Positions 19,422 through 29,743 of a stretch of 64,000 bases of DNA are shown here, piece by piece. The stretch is from the NCBI GenBank assembly GCA_028694645.1, contig JAQVKM010000002.1, positions 112,149-176,148 of the forward strand, written 5' to 3'. Source of the stretch: Bacilli bacterium (GTDB lineage: Bacteria > Bacillota_I > Bacilli_A > RF39 > UBA660). Within the stretch, counting starts at the first letter, position 1. Each line of letters begins with the position of its first letter. The position numbers and the translations under genes are program-made. A model generated the notes under the pieces. That model was given only the letters and a program-made list of their open reading frames with translations. It made no database searches and was not told the DNA's origin.

Positions 19422-20516
19422 TTAATCTAAATAAATTAATTTTTTTTCTTTTTTTAATATACAAAAAAGAAATATTATAATTGGTAAAATAACTTGAATA
19501 GGTATTGCATAAATACCAAATATTGGTGCAAAATCAAATAAATCTACAACATTATCAAATAAAAAAGGGCATATCCCAAGCATTAATAAAGATACTGGAA
19601 AAATAGTTTTTGTATAATCTTTATTTTTGGTTAAATAAGCTACTCCTTTAGATAAAGATATAATAAATATAGTTATTTTAACGATTCCTGCTAATACAAA
19701 ATTAATTGTAATTAAACCCTCTACTCTTGTTAAAAACTCCCCTAATTGTAATATTCTTGTTGCTTGATAAGAGGCAAAAAAAGAATCTTTTAATAAAGGT
19801 ATTCCTATAACAGTAATATTTCTAATTAATATTAAATCTAATATAATACCTGTGAAAATAATTCCTTTTAAATATGTTTTTGATGGATTTTTAAAATCAA
19901 ATAAATCAGCAATTCCAAGCATTACTATTAATTCTGAAAAAGGTAACATGAAGACTTTAAAAGAAGACTTAAAAATTGAATTGATGGAATGGTTTAAAAT
20001 TGGTTTAATATTATCAAATTTAAATATAGAAAATGATAATATCAACGTTATTGAAATTGTTACCAATAATATTGCTAAAACAATATTGCCAAATATTCCA
20101 AGAGTTTTAATTTTACTTTTAGATAAATAAACTGATATTAGGATTAAACTCATCATTATAGGTAATAATGGTGTTTCAGATAATGTTGTTATCTCCACAT
20201 ATTCAGAAAAATTTCTCAAAACAATTGATCCCAAATATAAAATATGAATTAAAAACAAAGATATCAATATTTTAGCAGTCAATTTACCAAACAATATATC
20301 AATAATTTGATATATATTTTTTTGTGGGAATTTATTAATAATATATCCAAATATTAAAACTAGTGGAATATTAAAAACAAAGGATAGAATTAAGGATATC
20401 CATGCATCTTGGCCAATTTCAGAATTAATATCTATTCCTATTACAACACTACTTCCAAATAAAAAAAGGATTATTAAAACAATAATTTGTTTTTCTGTTA
20501 ATAACTGTTTATTCAT
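19422..20516 (-). CDS. spore germinant receptor B subunit (GerAB/GerKB family permease)
   Basis: About 10-TM APC-like protein with the family-typical N-terminus. It is the last gene of a gerA-type operon. Confidence 0.8.
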   Translation of the reverse strand: MNKQLLTEKQIIVLIILFLFGSSVVIGIDINSEIGQDAWISLILSFVFNIPLVLIFGYIINKFPQKNIYQIIDILFGKLTAKILISLFLIHILYLGSIVLRNFSEYVEITTLSETPLLPIMMSLILISVYLSKSKIKTLGIFGNIVLAILLVTISITLILSFSIFKFDNIKPILNHSINSIFKSSFKVFMLPFSELIVMLGIADLFDFKNPSKTYLKGIIFTGIILDLILIRNITVIGIPLLKDSFFASYQATRILQLGEFLTRVEGLITINFVLAGIVKITIFIISLSKGVAYLTKNKDYTKTIFPVSLLMLGICPFLFDNVVDLFDFAPIFGIYAIPIQVILPIIIFLFCILKKEKKLIYLD

Positions 20517-20528
20517 GATTATTCCTTT

Positions 20529-20729
20529 CTATTTATTAATTATTTTTCTTAATACATGAGATATTATAGGTATCTTGAAATTAAATACATAAGATATTAA
20601 TAATAAAAAAGAAGATAATGTTAATAAAATATATATTATATTTTGTTTTTTACTTTGTTTTATTTTGATTTTGTTGTAATCAAAAATAATAATTAAAGCA
20701 AACATCACCAAAACAACTAAAAATAACAT
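20529..20729 (-). CDS. small two-TM membrane protein inside the ger operon (possible receptor D-type subunit)
   Basis: 66 aa with two hydrophobic helices, located between the C and B subunit genes. Confidence 0.4.
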   Translation of the reverse strand: MLFLVVLVMFALIIIFDYNKIKIKQSKKQNIIYILLTLSSFLLLISYVFNFKIPIISHVLRKIINK

Positions 20730-20741
20730 ATAATACCTCCT

Positions 20742-21884
20742 TTATCTAGTAAAACCTGTATTGAATATTTCAACCTTTGAATCAACTTCAACATCTATAT
20801 TTTTATACAATTTATCAAATTTATTATTTAATTTTTTATATTGTTTTGGATTATTTTTATATAATACTTCTTTTAATCCTAATATATCCGTATTAAAATC
20901 ATATTGAATTTTTTTAATTACCTTTTCAATTTGTTTTTTTATATATTGAGATGCTTCTTTTTCCAATTTAGTTAAATCCTTATCATTAATTTTGTTATTC
21001 TGGTCTTTATATTCACCCAATGTAACTTCTGTATTTGTTATTAACTTAATTTTCAAATTCTTTTGATCAAAAGAAACATATTTTATTTTAGATGAATTAC
21101 TTTTAATTTCTAAAGATATATTAAAAGAATTTTTATCCGCAGTTTTTATTTTAGTATTAATAGTAATTATCCCACCTTTTAATTTGTTTTTAGCTAATAA
21201 ATAATATTTAGATTCTTCAGAAGATAAATAACCAATTAATTTATCATTTTTAAAAACGGCTATCCCATTAGTTTCGCATACATATTGATCATTGTTTTTC
21301 ACTAAATGAATGAGAGGTAAAGTTAATGACATATTTTTATTTGATAATATATTATAAATTTGATAAATAGGAACTGCTTCTGTAGAACTAGTTACTTTTT
21401 CATCTTTTTCAACGATTGTCTTAATATCATTTGATACAATGGTACTCGTTAAACCATTTACTTTTAGAAGTTCAAGAGCGCTATTTTCTTTTGAAATAAC
21501 TATTTGTAGTGTTTCTCTAACTTCAGGATCTCTTGTAAACCAATTTATTATTGAATTTATTCCATCTTCTTTAGCTATTTGATTAGAAACAATAATAATT
21601 CTTGCATCTGAAAAATACATTTTATTTGATACTCTTTTTTTAGCATTTCTAACAGCATCAAATATAGTTTTTCCTTTTGACTGAACTATTTGAGAGACTA
21701 TTGGATATCCTTGTGGTGTTGATTGTAAATCATAAATCTCATAACTAAGTAAATATTCATTATTCACTTTGTCTATAGCAACACCAGCGACTACAGTCAT
21801 TTCATTTAATCCAATATAATTCCAACAACCAGTTGATAAGAAACAAATAATGAATGTAATAATTAGTAATGTTTTTTTACGCAT
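20742..21884 (-). CDS. spore germinant receptor C subunit lipoprotein (Ger(x)C family)
   Basis: Lipobox FLSTGC followed by WNYIGLNEMTVVAGVAIDK. Start set at ATG 21884 after GGTGA. Overlaps the A subunit stop. Confidence 0.8.
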   Translation of the reverse strand: MRKKTLLIITFIICFLSTGCWNYIGLNEMTVVAGVAIDKVNNEYLLSYEIYDLQSTPQGYPIVSQIVQSKGKTIFDAVRNAKKRVSNKMYFSDARIIIVSNQIAKEDGINSIINWFTRDPEVRETLQIVISKENSALELLKVNGLTSTIVSNDIKTIVEKDEKVTSSTEAVPIYQIYNILSNKNMSLTLPLIHLVKNNDQYVCETNGIAVFKNDKLIGYLSSEESKYYLLAKNKLKGGIITINTKIKTADKNSFNISLEIKSNSSKIKYVSFDQKNLKIKLITNTEVTLGEYKDQNNKINDKDLTKLEKEASQYIKKQIEKVIKKIQYDFNTDILGLKEVLYKNNPKQYKKLNNKFDKLYKNIDVEVDSKVEIFNTGFTR

Positions 21885-23436
21885 TTTCATCACCAACATT
21901 ACTATTATTTCTTATCAAATTTTTTTGATTAGCTATATCATAATCTCTCTTTCTTAATTTTGGCCATGGCATTCTTATAATATTATCATTAAATTTAGTT
22001 TTCCATCCCTTCTCTAAAAAATCAACCTGATTTACATTAAATGATTTTAAATTAATAATATGAATAAGCCAATAACAACTAGATATTAAGAAGCCGAATA
22101 ACCCAAATATCGAAGATAATAATAAATTAGTAAATCTAACTATTATATTAGCGGCATTCATTTTAGGAATCAGTAAACTTGTAATTCCTGTTATTCCAAC
22201 AATAATTATCATAGGAGCAGCAACTAATTTAGCTTCGACAGCAGCTTGACCTATTACCAATGCTCCCACTATACTCAAAGCTTGTCCAACTCCAGTTGGC
22301 ATTCTAACCCCAGTTTCTCTTAGTATTTCAAAAACTAGTAACATTACAAAAGCTTCTAAAGAAGCAGGAAGAGGAACACTTTGTCTTTCCATAGTAATAT
22401 TTAAAAAAAGTGATGTTGGTATCATTTCATGATGAAAAGCTACAATAGCTATATAAAGAGCAGGAATAGTACAAGTTATGATAAATCCTAAGGCTCTAAT
22501 AATTCTTGAGAATGACGTATAATAAAATCCTAAATAGTAGTCCTCACTACTTTGAAAATTTTCTACAAATAAATATGGCAATGTTAAAGCTACCGGTGTC
22601 CCATCAATTAATAAAGCAATTCTTCCTTCTAACATTTTTCCAACTACTACGTCAGGTCTTTCTGTTGTACCTATAGTTCTAAATGGCGATAATTTATTAT
22701 CTTTAATTAATTCAATAATATAGTTACTATCTAAAATACCATCTATATTTATCTTATCTAATCTCTCATTTAAATCTTGTAATATTTCTTTTTTAACAAT
22801 ACTTTTCATATAGCATATAGCTATTTTAGTATTAGATCTTTTTCCTAATGTTTTATATATTATCTTTAAGTCATTTGTTCTTAATTTGCGATGCAGCATT
22901 GATATATTAAATAATATTGATTCTGTGAAGCCTTCTCTTGGCCCCAATAATATTTTTTCATTTTCTGGTTCACTTACACTTCTTAAATTAAATTTTGGAG
23001 TATTTAAAAGTAAAGCTTCATTATATCCATCAATGATTAATAAAGTATCCCCATATGTTATTTTCTCTATAATTTCTTTAACAGAATTTGTTTTTTTCAT
23101 ACTACCAATTTGAATAATTTCATTTTGAACAGTATCCAAAAAATATTTTTTTGTTCGCTTATTTCTAGATAAAACAAGTGGTTTAATAATACTTTCATTA
23201 ATAACTTCATTGTTTACTAGACCTTCACAATAAATAAGCACATATTTTAATTTTGAATCATTTTCATTAATTATTTTTCTAGTAGTATATGTATCAACAT
23301 TTTCAAATAATTTTGATATTAAATCAACATTATAATCTAATTCTTCAGTCAAAATATATTCAGCTAAATTATTATTTAAATTATTCAGTTTATTTTCAAA
23401 CAATAATTCTTCATTTTTCTTTTTTGAAAATAGCAT
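21877..23436 (-). CDS. spore germinant receptor A subunit (GerA family)
   Basis: Soluble N-terminal domain plus C-terminal TM block (...PASLEAFVMLLVFEILRETGVRMP...) typical of GerAA/GerKA. Confidence 0.85.
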   Translation of the reverse strand: MLFSKKKNEELLFENKLNNLNNNLAEYILTEELDYNVDLISKLFENVDTYTTRKIINENDSKLKYVLIYCEGLVNNEVINESIIKPLVLSRNKRTKKYFLDTVQNEIIQIGSMKKTNSVKEIIEKITYGDTLLIIDGYNEALLLNTPKFNLRSVSEPENEKILLGPREGFTESILFNISMLHRKLRTNDLKIIYKTLGKRSNTKIAICYMKSIVKKEILQDLNERLDKINIDGILDSNYIIELIKDNKLSPFRTIGTTERPDVVVGKMLEGRIALLIDGTPVALTLPYLFVENFQSSEDYYLGFYYTSFSRIIRALGFIITCTIPALYIAIVAFHHEMIPTSLFLNITMERQSVPLPASLEAFVMLLVFEILRETGVRMPTGVGQALSIVGALVIGQAAVEAKLVAAPMIIIVGITGITSLLIPKMNAANIIVRFTNLLLSSIFGLFGFLISSCYWLIHIINLKSFNVNQVDFLEKGWKTKFNDNIIRMPWPKLRKRDYDIANQKNLIRNNSNVGDENA

Positions 23437-23555
23437 ATTTTTTCTCCTTTATGTACCATTTATTTTTAAATATTATTTACAAATATTGATTTTTTATACA
23501 TCATGATACATAGTATTAAATTATAATTTATGGAAATCTTATAATTGGTGATAAT

Positions 23556-24890
23556 GTGATAGAAAAATATAAAATCAAAAAAATAAATGATGAAGATATT
23601 TTGTTTATATATCTTGATTACAATTATGAATTTAGTAAAATAGGAAATGATAATAAATCTCAAAAAATACTAGATCAAATTAAAAATACTTTACACAATA
23701 TTAAATTTAACGGTCAAAAAATTGTTGTAATGGTCGGTGCTATAGCTATTGCAGTATTATTATTTAATGGAAATGATTTTAAAGGAAGTATTGTTGAAGA
23801 AAAAAATACTACACATTTAACATCAGGAATATTAACATCAATTGATTATAGTGATAACTTAATTATTGATACAAGTAAAGAAAACTACATAATTGAGACG
23901 CAAAATATAAATATACCTGTTGATAATTTAAATCAAATAGAGATTAAAGAAAAAAATGATAATTATTCTGTGGATAATTCTGTTTCAACTAATTATAGTA
24001 ATATTAATGAAGTAAAAAATGAAAATAATTCTGTGGATAACTCTATTAAAACATCTGAATCTTCAAACATAGAAAATATACCTGTTGAAACAAGCAAAGA
24101 GACTTATGTAACAATTTACAGGAGCAATGGAACAATATTGCAAATTGCTTTAGAAGAATACTTAATTGGTGTTGTTGCTGCTGAAATGCCAGCTTCTTTC
24201 AATATGGAAGCCTTAAAAGCTCAAGCTGTTGTGGCCAGAACTTATGCATTAAAAAGAGTAAATGAAAATTTAGTTTTAACTGATACTGTTTCAACACAAG
24301 AATATAAGGATATAAGTCAAATGCAAACAATGTGGCAAAATGATTTTCAAAAATATTTTGATAAAATTAAAACAGCAGTTGAACTTACAAAAGGAAAATA
24401 TATAACATATAATAATAGTTATATTGATGCCGTTTATCATTCAACAAGCAATGGTTACACTGAAGATCCTATGTATGTCTGGGGATATCAAATTCCATAT
24501 TTAAAATCTGTAGATAGTCACTGGGATACAACAGCTTCATCATACTTAAGAACTGAAACAAAAGAATATAATTTAATTTTAAGTATTTTAGGAATAAACA
24601 TAGATATTAATACTGAAATTGAAATATTAAATAAAAATGAAACAAATAGAATAACATCTATAAAAATAGGAGATAAAACTTATAATGGTGTTGAATTTAG
24701 AAATCTACTTGGACTTAGATCAACAGATTTCGATGTTAGTATTGAAAATCAAAATCTTGTTTTCACAACAAGAGGATATGGTCATGGTGTTGGTATGAGT
24801 CAATATGGTGCTAATGGAATGGCCAAAGAAGGGTACAACTATGAACAAATATTAAATCATTATTATCAAAATATTACAATTAATGGCTAG
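23556..24890 (+). CDS. spoIID: SpoIID/LytB-domain stage II sporulation protein D-like lytic transglycosylase
   Basis: ...ALKAQAVVARTYAL..., ...GYGHGVGMSQYGANGMA... GTG start after GGTGA. Confidence 0.85.
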   Translation: MIEKYKIKKINDEDILFIYLDYNYEFSKIGNDNKSQKILDQIKNTLHNIKFNGQKIVVMVGAIAIAVLLFNGNDFKGSIVEEKNTTHLTSGILTSIDYSDNLIIDTSKENYIIETQNINIPVDNLNQIEIKEKNDNYSVDNSVSTNYSNINEVKNENNSVDNSIKTSESSNIENIPVETSKETYVTIYRSNGTILQIALEEYLIGVVAAEMPASFNMEALKAQAVVARTYALKRVNENLVLTDTVSTQEYKDISQMQTMWQNDFQKYFDKIKTAVELTKGKYITYNNSYIDAVYHSTSNGYTEDPMYVWGYQIPYLKSVDSHWDTTASSYLRTETKEYNLILSILGINIDINTEIEILNKNETNRITSIKIGDKTYNGVEFRNLLGLRSTDFDVSIENQNLVFTTRGYGHGVGMSQYGANGMAKEGYNYEQILNHYYQNITING

Positions 24891-24942
24891 TCAAATATCT
24901 GGTTTAATGTTATAATATAAAACGATTATTTATGGAGGAAGT

Positions 24943-25539
24943 ATGGCAAAAATTATTCAGATTTTAGGTCCCAGTAGTTCTGGTAAAGATACCTTAAAAA
25001 ATTATATATTAATTAAAAACGAATTTTTTCGTTTCAATATAAAAGATATTGTTTTATATACAACAAGACCTCCAAGAACAGGTGAAATAGAAGGTCAAAC
25101 ATATTATTTTGTGGATGATAAGAAAATGTTGCAATTAATAGAAGAAAAAAAAGTAATTGAAAAAAGAAGTTATAATACTGAACATGGTATCTGGCATTAT
25201 TTTACATGTTCAGATAAAATTAATTTGGATAAATACAATTATATAACAGCCAACACCCTTGAGGCATATGACCAATATGTACATTACTATAATCAAAATG
25301 ATATAATACCAATCATGATAAACATAGAAGATGGAATTAGATTACAAAGAGCTTTAAATAGAGAAAAATGCCAAGAAAATCCTAAATATGCAGAAATGTG
25401 TAGAAGATTTTTAGCTGATAGTATTGATTTTTCTTTAGAAAATATAAAAAAAAGGAATATACAATATTTTTGTAATAATAATAATGATCTTGAACAAAGT
25501 TTATCTGAAATACATAAGATATTAATTAAAAATTTATAA
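24943..25539 (+). CDS. guanylate kinase-like protein (atypical P-loop)
   Basis: GPSSSGKDT and YTTRPPRTGEIEGQTYYFV match the Gmk pattern, but Walker A ends in GKD instead of GK[ST]. Confidence 0.65.
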   Translation: MAKIIQILGPSSSGKDTLKNYILIKNEFFRFNIKDIVLYTTRPPRTGEIEGQTYYFVDDKKMLQLIEEKKVIEKRSYNTEHGIWHYFTCSDKINLDKYNYITANTLEAYDQYVHYYNQNDIIPIMINIEDGIRLQRALNREKCQENPKYAEMCRRFLADSIDFSLENIKKRNIQYFCNNNNDLEQSLSEIHKILIKNL

Positions 25540-25541
25540 AA

Positions 25542-25561
25542 AAAACATCTATTGATGTTTT
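25542..25561. terminator. bidirectional terminator
   Basis: AAAACATC-tatt-GATGTTTT with flanking A- and T-runs. Overlaps the 3' end of the HD-GYP gene. Confidence 0.55.
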
Positions 25562-26565
25562 ATTTTTTGCTTATCTTCTTTAAAGATATCATTTATTCTA
25601 TTATAATAATTAATAAATTCATGGGTATTCATTAACTCTATAAAACATTTAACAATATAAGGGTTAAATTGTTTACCTGAAAATTTTATAATTTCTTCTT
25701 TAGCTTCGTTTAATGTTTTTACTTTATTATATCCTCTTGGTGTTGTCATAGCATCAAATGAATCAGCTATACTTATAATATAAGCTCCTATTTCAATTTG
25801 ATCTTTAGATAAATGTAATGGATATCCTGAACCATCATAATTTTCATGGTGTTGATTAATCAATTTTCTAATCTCTTTATATTTTTCATTCATCAAAAAA
25901 TTATCACTATAAATACTATGCCTTTTAATTCTTTCATATTCTTCTTCATCTAATCTTTTATTACTTGATAAAATATACTTTGGTACTGCTATTTTACCAA
26001 TATCATGAATAAGAGCAGCATTACTAATGTTTCTTTTAGAAATATCATCTAAATCAATTAAATTAATCAACATATTAACATATTGTTGGGTCCTTTCACA
26101 ATGACCTTTTGTATAACTATCCCAAAAATTAATCATTTGTAAATAAAATTTAATATTTTCTATTTCTAAAATGTCTTGCCTTAAAGATATTTTTATTTTA
26201 TTTTTTCTAATATCAGTAATAATTTTTTCTAAATCATTTATCTCTAAATCATTTTGAGTACATTCCTCACTACATTTTTTGGCCATATCAATATCTAAAA
26301 AGATATGCCCTGATTTAAGCGAATTGTCTATACAAAAAATAGACATAACTATTCCCTCTCTTTTAATCTTAATGTTCTTTACTAGTTGCTTAGATTCATT
26401 ATTATTTTGTAAAATCAATACATCTGGTAATTCTATTAATGAGGAATTATTAATGTCTTCATAATTACTAATTATTTTAAATTCAATATTAGAAGAAAAT
26501 TCGTTCAATATTTTCTTAACTATTTCTTCATCAATTTTAAATACTCCAACAATCAAATTATTCAT
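25549..26565 (-). CDS. HD-GYP domain protein with degenerate receiver-like N-terminal domain
   Basis: HDIGKIAVP and HHENYDGSGYP motifs. Start set at ATG 26565 after AGGGAG. Confidence 0.8.
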   Translation of the reverse strand: MNNLIVGVFKIDEEIVKKILNEFSSNIEFKIISNYEDINNSSLIELPDVLILQNNNESKQLVKNIKIKREGIVMSIFCIDNSLKSGHIFLDIDMAKKCSEECTQNDLEINDLEKIITDIRKNKIKISLRQDILEIENIKFYLQMINFWDSYTKGHCERTQQYVNMLINLIDLDDISKRNISNAALIHDIGKIAVPKYILSSNKRLDEEEYERIKRHSIYSDNFLMNEKYKEIRKLINQHHENYDGSGYPLHLSKDQIEIGAYIISIADSFDAMTTPRGYNKVKTLNEAKEEIIKFSGKQFNPYIVKCFIELMNTHEFINYYNRINDIFKEDKQKIKHQ

Positions 26566-26635
26566 TATATACAACTCCCTTTTTGCACAATAATATACTA
26601 TCATAAATATATAATATTGTATATAATTTTATTTT

Positions 26636-27445
26636 TTATGTGTAAAGTTCATTATAATCATCTGTTGCTTCTTTTGCTTGTGATTCTCCTCTTTTACATT
26701 GTGGATTAGATAGAGGGCATCTCCTACCACAACCAGTACAAAATAATTTACTTAAATATTCACTCAAGGTTAGTGTGTCATCGTTTTCTTCTTCTACGGA
26801 TGTACTATCTCCTTCATCATTATTTTCAGTTACTGACTCCTCTTTATTATCTTCTCCAGTTTCTTCAATTACTTGATCATTATAATCATCGCTTATATAT
26901 TCTGTTTCATCTATTTTATTTATAAATATACTTTTAATTTTATCTAATAAAATGTTAAAGCATAATATAAATATACTTAAAATAATAAATATCATAGTTA
27001 TAGTTTTTGAATATTGTTGATTTTTAATTTTATTATTGAATTGAGTATAGAAAAATTTAAAATGCATTATTAAATGAACTGAAATCAATAATAAAGATAT
27101 ATTTGATGCATAATTATGGATATTTGACCATAATAAAAGGTCTTTATCATTAAATGATGTAAATAAAAATTGTGATATTTTAATCCCACTAATAGTTAGC
27201 ATTATAAAAGTAATAAATAACAACACATCAATTATATATATTTTCTTTACACCTTTTTTAACATTACTAATATTTTTAGTTATACTAATTATCCATTTAT
27301 AATTTAAAAACAAATGAATAATGAAAAGTAACCATATTAATATCCCTAATATCTCATGAATTAAAATACCTGAAAAAGATAAATTATATAATATTATAAG
27401 TATAAATAGCATGAATATATCAATAATAAGTTTTATTTTCTTCAT
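26636..27445 (-). CDS. DUF4405-like membrane protein with C-terminal Cys-rich tail
   Basis: His-containing TM helices, acidic linker, CTGCGRRCPLSNPQCKRG. Start set at ATG 27445 after AAGGAGG. Confidence 0.55.
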   Translation of the reverse strand: MKKIKLIIDIFMLFILIILYNLSFSGILIHEILGILIWLLFIIHLFLNYKWIISITKNISNVKKGVKKIYIIDVLLFITFIMLTISGIKISQFLFTSFNDKDLLLWSNIHNYASNISLLLISVHLIMHFKFFYTQFNNKIKNQQYSKTITMIFIILSIFILCFNILLDKIKSIFINKIDETEYISDDYNDQVIEETGEDNKEESVTENNDEGDSTSVEEENDDTLTLSEYLSKLFCTGCGRRCPLSNPQCKRGESQAKEATDDYNELYT

Positions 27446-27610
27446 ATTATTACCTCCTTTGAAGTACATTTTAACATATAAATTAATATTTTTTTTAAAT
27501 TTCACAAAGGTTTCACCCTTAATTTTATTGATTTTTTTTATTTTTTTACATATAATTTGACAAATATAAAATATTATGTATAATATAGGACATAAAAAGG
27601 GAGGGTTTTT

Positions 27611-28033
27611 ATGATTAATAATTTAAAAAAAGGTGTTAGTAATATTAATAATTTATTTTCGAAAGGGTTTATCAACTTTTACAAAGTGATGTTTTTAAGT
27701 ACTTTAGCATTAGGTGCTGTAAAATTAATGGGTATACCAGCAATTAGTTGGCCTATCGTTGTTTTCCCAGTTGTAGCTCCAGCTGCTTTAATTTCAGTAG
27801 GTGTTGGAACATGTATTATTGGAATTAAAACAATAGCATTATTTAACACAATTGGGCAAAAAATTGAAAAAAAAGAATATGAAAATGATAAATTAAATAA
27901 TTTTAATAATGGAAAATATAATAACAACGATTTCATAGTAGTTCCAAAAAAAGAAAAAACTATTGTAAACAATGCTGCAATACAATTTCCAACTAACACA
28001 GAAGAAAAAGAAAAAACATACGTAAAAAGATAA
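27611..28033 (+). CDS. hypothetical membrane protein
   Basis: GGGAGGG RBS, two or three TM helices, Asn/Lys-rich tail. Confidence 0.55.
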   Translation: MINNLKKGVSNINNLFSKGFINFYKVMFLSTLALGAVKLMGIPAISWPIVVFPVVAPAALISVGVGTCIIGIKTIALFNTIGQKIEKKEYENDKLNNFNNGKYNNNDFIVVPKKEKTIVNNAAIQFPTNTEEKEKTYVKR

Positions 28034-28055
28034 GAAGCATAAATATATGCTTCTT
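28032..28055. terminator. bidirectional terminator
   Basis: AAGAAGCATA-aata-TATGCTTCTT, perfect 10-bp arms, followed by ATCTTTTTATT. Confidence 0.65.
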
Positions 28056-28983
28056 ATCTTTTTATTAAAATCTTATTTGTTTTAAAATTAACATTTTTAA
28101 TTTTGTCACTTAACCATCCATTATTATCATCAAATGGTCTTGCATAATATAAAACATTATCATATTCATCAACTAATTGTGAATATCTATTATTAATTTC
28201 ATACGTAGGAATATAACTAGATGTTACTCTAACCCTCTGATTTTTATCAATAAATTCCAAACCATAAAAAGAATCATGGCTTTCTGAAAAAACAACAGTT
28301 TTACTTTTATAATTGATATTATCTGTAAGTACATCTAAATATTTAGAATAATTAATTAATAATTCATTACTACAACAAATAACTTCTCCAAAACAATAAA
28401 TGTCTTCTCTCTTTAATCCTGATAATACTCGAATAAAAAAATCACAATTTTCTTCTGGTAAAGGAATATTTTTAGCCGAATCAAATCTGAATCCTTTTAT
28501 TCCACAATCAATTAAATCATTCAAAAATTTTACTATTATATCCTGCAAATCATAATTATATAGATTTAAAGAAGGTAATCCAATACAGTGATTAATAACT
28601 TCATATCTATTATTCCAATCTTTTATATTTATTTTTTGTTTCCAAAAATAAGGATTTTCAATAAGTTTTGAATCAACTTTATAATGTGGATTTAATGTTC
28701 CATCAACAGCTCCAGCTACATGAGTACATATAACATCAGAAAATATTTTGATTCCTAATTTGTTTGCACTATTACACAAATTAATTAAATCTTCTTTGCT
28801 ACCATATTGATTTCCAATCGCAAAACCACAAGGTTGATAAGATAACCACCATAAAGATAAATTATTTTCTTTTAATGGTTGTATAGGGTTAATTAAAACA
28901 GCATCAAATCCTTGTTCTTTCACTTTTATTAATTCTTTATTTATGTCCTTTAATTGCCAATTAAATAAATGTAATATTTTCAT
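28054..28983 (-). CDS. GH13 alpha-amylase-family catalytic domain protein (short, cytoplasmic)
   Basis: Conserved regions DVICTHV, GFRFDSAKNI, FGEVI and FSESHD. No signal peptide and no C-terminal domain. Confidence 0.75.
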   Translation of the reverse strand: MKILHLFNWQLKDINKELIKVKEQGFDAVLINPIQPLKENNLSLWWLSYQPCGFAIGNQYGSKEDLINLCNSANKLGIKIFSDVICTHVAGAVDGTLNPHYKVDSKLIENPYFWKQKINIKDWNNRYEVINHCIGLPSLNLYNYDLQDIIVKFLNDLIDCGIKGFRFDSAKNIPLPEENCDFFIRVLSGLKREDIYCFGEVICCSNELLINYSKYLDVLTDNINYKSKTVVFSESHDSFYGLEFIDKNQRVRVTSSYIPTYEINNRYSQLVDEYDNVLYYARPFDDNNGWLSDKIKNVNFKTNKILIKR

Positions 28984-29061
28984 ATTAATTCTCCCAGCAT
29001 ACTACTTTACTATCTTATATTATTATTATATCACTTATATATTTAATTAGTATACTAAAAA

Positions 29062-29082
29062 AAACTAATTTTACATTAGTTT
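29062..29082 (-). terminator. terminator after the DUF4256 gene
   Basis: AAACTAAT-tttac-ATTAGTTT followed on the minus strand by a T-run. Confidence 0.5.
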
Positions 29083-29090
29083 ATCACTTT

Positions 29091-29636
29091 TCATATTTTA
29101 AGATAACCTCTAAAACCTCTTGATGAATAATACGATTCTGCACCATTATGATAAATAAAAGCTTGATTATATCTTCTATCACCAAATAAAGCTCCATCTA
29201 ACTTTCTTATTTCTTCAGGAGTTTCTATCCAACTTGATGTTTTCAAATCAAATTCTCCTAAATTTTGTAAAAACATATACTCTTCTTGATTTAAAATTTT
29301 AATACCCATTTTTAAAGCTAAATTAACTGCACTATCTATTGGTTTAAATGTTTTTCTTGAATTTAAAGCTTTTTCATCATAACATAAACTTCTTCTTCCA
29401 ATTGGACTTTCTTTAGCACAGTCATAAAATACATATTGATTATTATCTATCATAACTAAATCTGGTTCTCCACCAGTTTTTTCCATTTCATTTAAAGAAA
29501 AAATTGCATTCTCATTATTGAGTATTCTTTTTTCAACATCATCCCAATTAATATCTTTATGTCTTTCAATATTATCATGAAAGCGTAATTTTAAAATATT
29601 AATTAAATTATTAATTTCTTCTTTAGTTATTTTCAT
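29091..29636 (-). CDS. DUF4256 family protein
   Basis: ...RFHDNIERHKDINWDDVEKRI...SLNEMEKTGGEPDLV... matches my memory of DUF4256. Confidence 0.65.
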   Translation of the reverse strand: MKITKEEINNLINILKLRFHDNIERHKDINWDDVEKRILNNENAIFSLNEMEKTGGEPDLVMIDNNQYVFYDCAKESPIGRRSLCYDEKALNSRKTFKPIDSAVNLALKMGIKILNQEEYMFLQNLGEFDLKTSSWIETPEEIRKLDGALFGDRRYNQAFIYHNGAESYYSSRGFRGYLKI

Positions 29637-29743
29637 AACAACACTTCTTTCTAAAATAATTATATCATAAATAATTCAATAATATAAATTGACTTAAAAC
29701 AAAATAAGTAATATATTTAATATATAAATAAAAGGAGAAATAC

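Noticed and set aside
23289-23663. ORFs 23289..23489 (+) and 23466..23663 (-) in the gerXA/spoIID divergent region
   Set aside because: Ile/Phe/Tyr/Asn-only products with no RBS. They overlap the real gene ends and the promoter region. I also looked for a sigma-E-type promoter (ATATT...CATACA-T) upstream of spoIID but found only partial matches (GATACATAGT), so I did not call one.
27679-27999. Minus-strand ORF antisense to the membrane protein gene 27611..28033
   Set aside because: It has no RBS. The plus-strand gene has a strong GGGAGGG RBS and is followed by a perfect terminator. The antisense product is a typical shadow frame.
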